Shown here piece by piece: positions 1-10,700 of a DNA stretch of 52,936 nucleotides. The notes beneath the pieces were generated by a model. That model saw only the letters and a program-made list of their open reading frames with translations. It was not told the DNA's origin and searched no databases. The DNA is taken from the NCBI GenBank assembly GCA_031420655.1, contig JANONC010000363.1, positions 1 through 52,936 on the forward strand, written 5' to 3'. The translations under genes were made by a program, and so were the position numbers. The first letter of the stretch is position 1, and each line of letters begins with the position of its first letter. This stretch comes from Rhodospirillales bacterium. GTDB taxonomy: Bacteria > Pseudomonadota > Alphaproteobacteria > Acetobacterales > Acetobacteraceae.

Positions 1-50
1 CCGCAGTCAGCACGCAAGCCGCGTCAAAATCTCCTCGAAGCGGGATCGGC

Positions 51-608
51 ATGGCGAAACTCCTCGGTTCGCCATCCTTGAATCAGAACCGCTCCGCGTC
101 GCGCAACCCCTACCAGTCAGCCTTAATCAGGGTTGGTATAAGCCCGATGCGTGAGCACGATGCGGCATGGGCCCCTGCCGTGTTCCGCCGCGGCCTTGAT
201 GGCGGCAAGAAGATCAAGGGCCGCAAGCGTCACGCCCTGGTGAACACGGCCGGCCGGGCGCTCAAGTTCCAAGCCCATGCGGCCGATATCCAGGACTGCG
301 ATGATGCCGGGCCGCTGCTGCGGGCGTCACGGGCGCGGTGGCCGTTCGTACGCCTCGCGTTTGCCGACGCCGGCTACCAAGGGCCGCGCTTGGCGGCCTT
401 AAGCCCGATCCGGATCGAAATCGTGCGCAAGCTTGAAGGCCAAGTGGGCTTCGCCGTCCATGCCCGGCGCTGGGTCGTCGAGCGCTTCTTCGCTTGGATC
501 AACCGTAACCGCCGCCTGGCCAAGGATGTCGAGGCCACCAACGCCCCAACCGAAGCCTTCCTCTACGCAGCTTCGGCTATCCTGCTGCTACGCCGACTGC
601 CACGTTGA
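51..608 (+). pseudogene. IS5-family (DDE) transposase, C-terminal fragment only
   Basis: From about nt 195 the ORF reads DGGKKIKGRKRHALVNTAGR...FADAGYQG...RRWVVERFFAWINRNRRLAKDVE...LLLRRL, the catalytic C-terminal half typical of IS5/IS1031/IS427-type transposases. The N-terminal part (as seen in the copy at 52718) is missing, and the first ~48 codons show no transposase resemblance. Confidence 0.8.
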
Positions 609-612
609 TGGA

Positions 613-631
613 CCGATCCGAGACAGACGCT
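613..631 (+). repeat. probable right terminal repeat of the IS5-family fragment
   Basis: CCGATCCGAGACAGACGCT lies directly after the transposase stop. It aligns (about 13/18) with the reverse complement of 1366-1383 (CCGATTCGAAACGGCCTC), which sits in the same position after the stop of the second transposase remnant. Composition switches to AT-rich at 634. Confidence 0.45.
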
Positions 632-685
632 AAGAAATTATTAAGTGGTGTTGAGCGTGCTGTGCTCAATTTGAAAACTTGTAGC

Positions 686-1342
686 ATGGCAATTTTAATC
701 TTGCTTTTGGCTGTGACCGTTGCGGAAGCCAATGACGTTCAAGATGTTTGCATGTCTATGTTGGAACTATCTTCAGCGAACACCGCGCCGGAAGTTTTAG
801 TGGGAAATCATCAGGGTGGTATAGAGGCCTTCCCGGTTCATCCACAATACTGCAAAGCGAATGCGAAGGACTGTAAAGGGATAACGGGAGAGAAAATCGC
901 CGATGGAAGCTTGTTGCTCATAGAGCGTTATAAAGAGGGTTTCGCTTGCGCTCATACCATTGCAACTTCGAAAGTAATATCTGGGTGGATACCTTCATCA
1001 AGCATTAAGCCAGATAAAACTGGCTTAAATATTACGCTATCGCTATGGAATGGTAGATGGAAGCAGGTGCTTGGTAATGCGGTCATTAAAATATCGATAG
1101 AGAACGATAGATTTGTTGCAGAAGGCGATATGACGCATGAGAATCCGAGGAGACAGGGCCAGAATGGCGGTTATTTCAAAGACCGTTTCCGGCCGTATTT
1201 CCGATTAGCTCGTACGATAGACCAGGTTTCAAATGGACGATGCGCGATTCAGTTTATCATGTTGAATAAGCTAATAGCTGTTATTGATAATCACGAATGC
1301 GGTGGAGAAGACATATCTTTCTCTGGATTTTATCATAACTGA
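686..1342 (+). CDS. hypothetical secreted protein (ORFan, low GC)
   Basis: ORF 605..1342. The internal ATG at 686 gives MAILILLLAVTVAEA/NDV, a plausible Sec signal peptide. Codon usage is AT-rich, unlike the rest of the window. I recognise no family. Confidence 0.5.
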   Translation: MAILILLLAVTVAEANDVQDVCMSMLELSSANTAPEVLVGNHQGGIEAFPVHPQYCKANAKDCKGITGEKIADGSLLLIERYKEGFACAHTIATSKVISGWIPSSSIKPDKTGLNITLSLWNGRWKQVLGNAVIKISIENDRFVAEGDMTHENPRRQGQNGGYFKDRFRPYFRLARTIDQVSNGRCAIQFIMLNKLIAVIDNHECGGEDISFSGFYHN

Positions 1343-1365
1343 CCTTAACCCTTATCTGGGATTAA

Positions 1366-1500
1366 GAGGCCGTTTCGAATCGGCTGATCAACGATCGAGC
1401 CTCCGGAGGAGAATGACGCTGGAGGCGGCGTAGAGGAAGGCCTCCACGCTCTCGATCGAGGCCTCGACGGCTTTTGCCAGCCGCCTGGTCCGGCATACTG
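1366..1500 (-). pseudogene. IS5-family element remnant (terminal repeat plus last ~35 codons of transposase)
   Basis: Minus-strand translation ending at stop 1388-1390 reads RTRRLAKAVEASIESVEAFLYAASSVILLRRLDR*. This matches the C-terminus of the ORF at 51-608 (RNRRLAKDVEATNAPTEAFLYAASAILLLRRLPR*). Similarity is lost upstream, where a stop occurs about 52 codons before the end. Confidence 0.7.
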
Positions 1501-1702
1501 GATTGCTCCGCCGAGCGGCTCGCAGGGACGGCTTTTGTTGTTCACTTTAATTCCGGCCGTCATTCGTTTGCATGACGACGCGCCGCCCCGCTCCGTGCAG
1601 TGAATAGAGGCATATCCGTGGGGTGACACATGCTTGAGCATCTGACGCGACGGGCCGTTTCATCACCGGCCCGGCCACCCAAAAACCGGGGGGCGTAGCC
1701 CT

Positions 1703-4700
1703 ATGACGCATATTCGCGCCCTGTTTGGCCGCCGCCGGGTTAATGGCTTGCGGGATAAGCTATCCAAGTGCACCGCCGTATCGGGCCTCATGCATTTTGA
1801 GGCGCTCGAACCTCGTGTGCTGCTTTCAGCCGATCTGTTGCCAGTTCATGGATCATTGGACGTACCGGGTCAGCAGGACCATTACGCCTTCTCGCTCGAC
1901 ACCACCAAAGACCTCTATTTCGACAGCCGGACCAGCACGCCCCAGTTCAACTGGACGCTGAATGGACCCGGCGGCACGGTCGTTTCCAAGTCACCCTTCA
2001 CCCAGTCTGACTCCTACGGCATTGGCGGCCCGGCCGCGCTGCATGTGCCAGCAGGGGACTATACGCTGGATGTGCAGTCGCGGGATGGCACGACTGGGGC
2101 ATATGACTTCCAGCTGCTCGACCTTGCCAATGCCAAGCCGATCACTGCTAGCACTCCCATCGACGGCACCCTGAACCCGGCCAACCGCACGGACCTGTAT
2201 CGCTTCACCGCCACGGCGGGTGACACGGTATTTTTTGACGGCCACGCGCTAGACCAGCACTCGGTCGCATGGCGCGTGATCGGCCCGGACGACAACCTTA
2301 TTTTCGGCCCGAACAATGTGGGACAGGACACGGGACCCACCAAGCTCGATAAAACCGGCACCTATACCGTGATGATCGAGGGTGCGACCGATCAGACCGG
2401 GGCGGCCCCGTACAGCTTTACCGTCCTACCCGTGACCACCACGCACGCCACCTTGGCGCTCAATCAGACTGTGGCGGGTAGCCTTGCAACACCGGGGCAT
2501 AGCGACGCGTATAGTTTTGCCGTTACCCAGTTCACGCAGGTTGTGTTCGATAGCCTGAACAGCCGGGACGACGTGTCGTGGGCGCTGACCACCACGGGCG
2601 GTTTGCCAGTGGGCGGGGGATCGTTCGGTGGTTCCGACGGCAACGGCACACCGGCGTCCGATCTGCTCCGCCTTGCCCCGGGCGGCTACACGCTCACCGT
2701 CAGTGGGTCTGGCGCGGCGACGGGGGTGTATGGCTTCCGGCTTTTGGATACCGGCACGGCGCAGGTAGCCGCCGTCAACACGGCTATAACCGGCACGCTG
2801 GGCGATGCGGGTGCAGTGGCGCAGGGCATGCACATGTCTGGCGGCGCGCCGGTGGTGGACGCCTCCTCAGACCGCGCCACCAGCTTTGGCACCGCGCAGG
2901 TCGTGGGCACTGTGCCAGTCTCAATGGCACTTCAGCCGGACGCCTTTACGGTCGAGGCATGGGTCAACCGCGCCTCCACCGCATCCGGTAACCGGGATAT
3001 CGTGCGCCAGGGCTCGGGTGCCGCCGGCTATGCGCTGCTGGTCAGTGGGGCCGGGCAGCTCACATTCCAGGCGGGTGCCGCATCCGTATCCGCCGCAGCC
3101 GCGCTGCCGCCCGGCCAATGGACCCACGTGGCTGGCACGTTCGATGGTGCGACGCTGCACTTGTTCGTGGACGGCGTGGACGTGTCCGCTGCGCCGGCTG
3201 CGGGTGCGGTCGCGTATGACACCAACGGCGTGGTGCTGGGCGGCCGCGATCCGTTCGGCAACGCGGTCTGGAGCGGCGCGCTCAACGACGTACGGATCTG
3301 GAACACGGCGCTACCTGCCGGAACGATCGCCGCCAACCGCCTGCATGAGCTGGGGGCCGCACCCGGCCTGCTTGCCAACTGGCGGCTGAACGACGCCGCT
3401 GGCCTCACGCTCACTGATGCCAGTGGGCAGGGGCATGACGCGACGCTAGTCAACCTGCCCGGCACGGCCACCGCGCTGTATGCTATCCCGCTAACGGCCG
3501 GCCTGAGCTATACTCTGGAAAACCTGTCGTACGACCGCAACGACTCCGTTCGCGTTTTCAACCCGGCCGGGTTTCAAGTGGCATACAGCCAATACGAATT
3601 CATCGCGCCCACATTTACCGCAGAGGTGTCCGGGACCTACACGGTCGCGGTTGAGGGCAACCCCGGCAATACCCGGCCCGCCAATTTCAACGTCCGCTTG
3701 AACGAGGGCTCGACCGCGGTGCAGGCGCTCGCGGTGGGCCAGACGGCAAGCGGCACGATTGGGTTGCCGGGTCAGTCGGTCTCGCTCGGCTTCACGCTCG
3801 GGTCTGCATCGCAGCTAGTGCTTGACGTGCTGGATGCAGCGGCAGGGCTGCAATGGCGCCTCATTGGCCCGTCTGGCGCGGTTGTCCCAGCCAGCGACCT
3901 GACGCACGCGGACGGCTTTAATGCGCCGCAGAATCCGGTGCTGGCCTTGGCTGCCGGGCAATACCATTTGATCGTTAACGGCACCGGTACCACGACCGGT
4001 ACGTTCCATTTGCGCCTGCTGGACGCTGCTTCGGCAACGCCGTTTGCGCTGGGCACCACCCTGTCCTGGGCTGCGGACCAGCCGGGCGGTGCAACCCTCT
4101 ATACGTTCGCGGCGTCGGCCGGGGATCAAGTGTCGTTCCATCCCGGGTCGCCCGATGACAACATCGCCTGGCAGCTGCTGGACCCTACCGGACGCACGCT
4201 GTTCGGCCCGCATTCTGTGCGGGACGAGACGGGCGTTACACTAGGAGCGTCCGGAACCTATCTGCTGCTGATCGGAGGCTATCCGAACGGGTCGGCACCA
4301 TCCGCCAGCATTGGCACCAGCCTTGACAGCCACCAGGCTCCGGCGGCACCGGCTGGCACGCCACTCGCCCTAGGTGCCGTCGCGACCGCGACACCCGGGC
4401 CGGGTGCGACCGACCGGTACGTCGTGACCGTGGCAGCCGGGCAGCGCCTATATTTCGACAGCCTTACCAACAGCGACGGTGTAACCTGGTCGTTGGCAGG
4501 GCCGCGTGGCACGGAGGTATCGTCGCGCCGGTTCGACCAGACCGATGGCAAGGATCGGAACGATAACCCGGTTCTGGTTCTGCCGCTTGCCGGCCAGTAC
4601 GAGCTGGATGTGACGACCGGCGCGTCGTTTGGCGGACCGTATGCGTTCCGGCTGACGGATATCGACGCCGGCGCGACGCCGATCACGACCGACGGGGCCG

Positions 4701-7700
4701 TAACCACCCGCACACTGACGCCCGCCAATGGCACGGACATCTATCAGTTCAACGCGACGGCCGGGCAGCTTCTGCATCTCAAGGCAACCCAGAACACGGG
4801 CTACTACAGTTCGTATGGCGTTAGCCTGCGGCTGATCGACCCGGCCGGCCAGCAGGTCGTGCAGGATAGTTCGCTCGCGTTCAACAACCTGCTCACCCTG
4901 CCGTTATCGGGCCGCTACACGCTGCTGGTGGAGGGCGATGTGGGCGAAAGCCTGGCCAGCCCGTCGACCTACACGATAGCGCTACAGACCACGATCGCGC
5001 CCACCGCGCCGCTTACGCTGGGCACCGCCGTACACGGTACCATCGCGGGCGGGGCGCAGGCGGATAGCTACACCTTCACCCTGGCCGCAGCCACGCAGCT
5101 CGTGCTCGGCAGCACGACGGATGACGGCAACGTGCAGATCGCGGCCGTGGGCAGCCAGGGCACGATCTTCACCCGCTTTTTGTCCGATGCCGAGAGGCTG
5201 CAGGGCACGTCACCCGTGTTCACGCTCGCGGCTGGCAGTTACAAAATTGTGGTCACCTCCGCCGACGGCCGGGCGACGCCGGCGTACGGTTTCGCGCTGT
5301 ACAACGTCGCAGGCGCGCAGGCGCTGACACCCGGTGCCGTAGTGACGGAGGCGTTTAATCCCGGCGGCTCGCTGCAGGCCTACACCGTCCAGGCCTCGGC
5401 CGGGCAGCAGTTGCGTGTCATTGCTGGCACGTCCGGCAGCCGGTCGTATCGCGACCAAGTCATCGTGCTGGACCCAAATGGCGTGCCGCTGGGCGGGGGG
5501 CAGGACCTATTCCAGACTAATGGCTACGCGGCGACCGTAAGCGGGACCTACACGCTGCTGATCCAGGGGACCGCGAACGCGTCTTACACGCTGGCTGCCT
5601 TCGTCGATCCGGCCCCCGCGCCGCTCGCGCTCAACGCTCGGGTGGCCGGGACGCTGCCGTCCGGCAATGACATTGCGCGATACAGCTTCACTCTGGGTAC
5701 CGCCGTGCAGCTGCTATTCGACAGCCTGACCAACAATGGCAACCTGTACTGGTCGCTAACGGGACCGCACGGCACCGTTACGTCGCACAGCTTTTATAGT
5801 TCGGACAGCTACGAATCTGGTGGCACTGCCGTGCTATCGTTGCCGGGCGGCACCTACACGCTCACCATTAGCAACGCCGCTGGCGCTTACGATTTCCGCC
5901 TGCTGGACCTCGCCACCGCCACGCTGCTGCAGCCCGGCACGCCGGTCAGCGGCACGGACGCGCCGGGTAACGCGACGAGCCTTTATGCGTTCGACGCGGC
6001 AGCTGGCGTGCCGCTCAGCGTGTCGGGCACCGCCGATGCCGGGTATGTGTCGCTGAAGATTATCGATCCATCCGGGCAAACAGTGTTCGGGCCTACAGAC
6101 TTCCAGACCCGGCTATTCACCCCCACCGCCACCGGACGTTACACGATCCTGGCAGAGGGCCGGGTGTTCGACACGGTCGCTGCGCGGTCCTTCACGCTGG
6201 GCGTGCAGGCCGTACCGAGCCAGACCATCCCGCTGACCCATCTGTCCGCGACCCCTGGGCTGATATCCGAACCCGGCCAAATCGGCACCGCGCTCGCCTT
6301 CTCCGGCCAGGACCGGGTGGAAGTGCCGGACGGCCTGGCGACCAACCCGGGTAACACCTTCACGATCGAGGCCTGGATCAACCCTGACCGTTACGCTGAC
6401 ACTTACATGCCGATTGTCTGGAAGGGCGATGGCGGGTCGTCGCGCGCTTACTCGCTCTGGCTGCAGAACGATGGCCAGGTTTTATTTTCGCTGTCCGACC
6501 CGCAGCACAGCTACGCACTGCGCAGCGATTACGGCAGCGTGAAACTGAATACCTGGACGCATATCGCCGTGGTCGCGGACGCGCAGGCCAATACGCTCAC
6601 CATCTTCCTCAATGGCGTGCAGGTCGCCCAACAGTCGTTCGGCGCGTTCACCCCGGCGGCGACCACGACGCCGTTGGTTATCGGAGCCGACCTACCTCTT
6701 GGCAGCGGCGGCGAAAGCCCCTTTCAGGGCCTGATCGACGACGTGCGCGTGTGGTCCGTAGCCCGCACGCAGGCGCAGATCGCGGCCGCGATGCAAACCG
6801 CGCTGACGGGAAACGAGCCCGGCCTCACGCTTGATCTGCCGTTAAACGACGCGACCGGGGCCACGACCCTGGCCGATGCCGGCCCGAACCACGCGACGGC
6901 CACGGTCGTGCGCCAATACGGGACGCTACCTGGTGCGATCGAAGGACGGATCGCCGTTCCGTTCGCCCGCGACAGTTACACCTTCACCTTGCCCGCCACG
7001 ACGCAGTTCGTGATCGACGGCCTGACCAGCAACACGGCCTTTACCGTGGCGATCACCGGGCCGGGCGGCTTAAACGTCACGCGGACCCTGGCCCGGTCGG
7101 ACAGCTACGAGTTTGGCGGCAACCCCGTGTTCACCGCAGGCGACGGCGCATACACTGCGACGGTCACGGCGACCGATGGCAGTGTGGGCGGGTATGTGTT
7201 CCGCCTACTGGACTTGGCCGGGGCGGTTCCAATCGCGCTCGACACGCCGGTCAGCTTCACCCTGCCGGATGGCCCGGGCACGGCCGCGTTCAGCTTTGCG
7301 GGGACGGCCGGGACGCAGTTGCTGTTCGATCGGCTGGTGAACGGCGTCGGCTCGAGCGACGTGACGGTCCGGCTGATCGACCCGCTCGGCCGGCAAGTGG
7401 CGGGGCCGAGCGCGTTCGACGTGCAGGCCAACTGGGCGACGCTGCCGCTGACGGGCACGTACATTTTGCTCGTTGAGGGGCGGTATTACGGCAAAGTCGC
7501 CAATATTCCGCTCTCCTTCGCGCTCGATCGGGCAATAACGACGGTGACGCCCACGGTCATTGGTGGCCCGAACCCGGCGGCCGGGCCGGTATGGGGCGAC
7601 GGCCGGGTGGCCGGCCAAGGTTCGGCTCCGGCGGGGCTGACGCTGACCGGCGCGGACGAGATCGTGGCACCCGCCAGCGCGGCCGGGTTCACGGCCGGCA

Positions 7701-10700
7701 GCTTTACGGTCGAGGCATGGATCAACCCTGAACGGTACACCAATTACTGGACGCCCATCACGGCACTGGTGCCGCAGACGGGCGGTTCGGAGGCGTTCCA
7801 GCTGCTGCTGCGGTATGATGGTGCGCTCTATGCCTCGATCGTGGATGCGAGCGGCCGCCAGGATATGCTGACGGCACCCGGCGTCGTGGGAACCAAGGCG
7901 TGGTCGCACGTGGCGCTGGTCGTGGACCAGGTGTTCGGCAAGCTGGAGATCTTCATCAATGGCGTGCTGACCGCTACCAGCGCCATCCGGGGCAATCCAT
8001 TGATCAACGTGGCAGGACCCTTGCTGTTCGGCGCCACCCGGGCTGCGGACACCAACGAGGGCCGCTTCGTCGGCGGCATCGACAGCATACGGGTCTGGAC
8101 CACCGCGCTTTCCGCGGCCCAGGTACTGGCAGAGGTGACTGCACCCGCGCCGTCCGGCACGGCGGGCCTGGCGATTGACCTGCTGTTTACCGAAGGATCC
8201 GGCACCACCAGCGCCAATCGCGGGGCGGCGGGCGGCCAGGCCAGCCTGGTTAGCTATAACCCAGACGGCATCACCGGCACGTTGGCGCGGCCCAATCTTC
8301 GCAACGCTTATACATTCACGACCACGACGACGACCCGCCTCGTCCTGAACGCGCTGGACGCGGCCGATGGGTTACGCTGGACGTTGACGGGCCCGACCGG
8401 TGACGTGAGCACGGCCCTGCTGCGGTATTCGGACGGATTCGACGCGGGGACCGACAGCGTCATCGTGCTGCCGCCCGGGCAGTACACCCTCACCATCAGC
8501 GGCGACGGCGACGCGCACGGCTTTTATAATTTCCGGCTGCTGGATATCGATGCGGCGGCGGTGCCGCTCACGCCGGGCACGCCGGTCGCGGGCCAGCTGC
8601 TGCAGGCGGACCGCGCGGCCGTGTACAGCTTTACGGCAACGGCCAACCAAACGCTGTTCTTCAATCCGGCGCCGACCGACGGTAGCGTAAGCTGGCGGTT
8701 GATTGACCCGTTCGGACGCAACGTTACAGGGCCGAATAGTTTCGGCCAGCAATCCGTCGTGCTGCCCTATGCCGGGACCTGGACCGTTCTGGTCGAGGCG
8801 CGGGCGTATCAGCAGGCGCAATGGACCTATGGCTTTACCGCCATCCTGACGCCCACCAACACGCTGCCGCTCACGCTCGGCGCGCGGGTGGATGGTGCCA
8901 TCACCGTGCCGTCGCAAAAGGACGTTTACACATTTACGCTGGCGCAAGCGACGAAGGCGGTGTTCGACAGCCTGTCTGCCGATAACGCGCTGAACTGGAC
9001 GCTGAGCGGCCCCACTGGCACCGTCGTCAATGGCCGCGGCTTTCAATACTCCGATGCGACCGGCATTGGCGGATCGACGGCGCTGGCGCTGGTGACCGGT
9101 TCATACACGCTGACGGTGGCGGACCAGAATGGCGGCACGGGGGCTTATGCGTTCCGGCTGCTGGATCTGGCGGCCGGGACCGCCATCGCTGCCGACACGG
9201 CCGTCACTGGCACGCTTGGCGATAACGGGCGGGACACAAACGTCTATCTATTGACCGCCACCGCAAAGCAGCGCGTGTCGTTCGACGCAACCGGGCTAGG
9301 CGGGGCGGCTTGGCGCTTGCTGGACCCTTACGGCAATCTCGTATTCGGGCCGGTTACGACCCTCAGCTCCGGCCCGCTGACGCTCATTGCCGGGAGCTAC
9401 GCCCTGCTGATCGAGGGCCCTGTGAACGCGGCGGCCCCGGCTAATTTTTCCTTTACGGTGGACAGCCTTGCGCAACAAACCGCGGGCGGCCAGACGGCAC
9501 AGGATTTCGACACGCCTGGCCTACTGCCATACACGCTCGCAAACTTCAGTGGCCCGCCTGCGGCAGTAACCGCAGGCACTTCCGGACAGGCGCTGTCGCT
9601 TACCAGCGGGGCTGGCGGCAACGTCGATAACGGCATCTACTTCCCCGCCACGACGGACAGCCCGCTCGATCACGTAACGGTCGACCTGGATTTTACGATC
9701 TCAGCGGGTACCGGCCAAACATCGAGCCTCGTCGTGGCGCTCCTGGATACCGCGACATGGGGCAAGAGCGGCACCGGGCCGGACTTGTTCACCAATGCTG
9801 GCTTGGCCAACTCGATCGGTATCGCGATCGAGGCCAATAATAACTACAGCGGCGACGGGTCGGCCAACCATATCGCGGTGCGCGACGACAGCGGGCTGAT
9901 CCAGCAGGTGTTGCTCAGTCCCACCGTGCTCGCTCTCGCAAGCGGCGCCGTTCTGCACGCGACCATCACGGTGCAGGCAACGGATGGCGGTGCGCTGGTC
10001 TCGGTGTCGCTCACGCCGCCGGGCGGGCAGGCAGTCGCGGCGGTAAGCGGCCTGTTCGTAGCCGGGTATCATCTGGCTTCGAGCCGGGTCGCGATCGGTG
10101 GACAGAGCTCTTATGGCAGCAACGCGCTGACGATCGACAATATAAAGATTGCGGCCGTTGCCGGTGCCGACGATGCAGCGGCCATTACGCTGGGACAGAC
10201 CGTGTCCGGCGCGATCCTGGTGGCGGGTGCGACGGAGCGGTACGCGTTCGATCTGGGCAGCCCCACCCAGCTCTATTTCGACAATCTGGTGCGCGACACA
10301 GGTTACTTGCATTACAAAGTAACCGGCCCGGCCGGCGTGTTGGCGGACGGCGACCTTTTCTCGGCCGACTCGGGCTATCGCGGTGGTAATCCGCTGTTGG
10401 CGGCCCCGGCCGGGCACTATGTCGTGACGCTCTCCGAGCGGTACGGGGCCACGGCGCCGTTCTCGTTCCGGGTGCTGGATGTGGCCGCTGCGACGCCGGT
10501 CACCATTGGCGGCCCGGCGGCACCACCGGTTACGACCACGCTGTCGCCCGGCTCGGCCACGGCGCTATTCTCGTTCACCGGCGCCGCCAAACAGATACTC
10601 TATTTCAACAATGCCGGCGCGGGCTCCTACACCTTCGTCCGCATCGTCGATCCGTCCGGCAACGTCGTGACCGGGCCCAACGGCCTGGATAATCTCGGCC

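Noticed and set aside
1345-1641. 98-aa minus-strand ORF between the ORFan and the giant gene
   Set aside because: The translation has no recognisable features. The real signal here is in a different minus-strand frame: the IS5-family transposase C-terminal remnant ending at 1388-1390.
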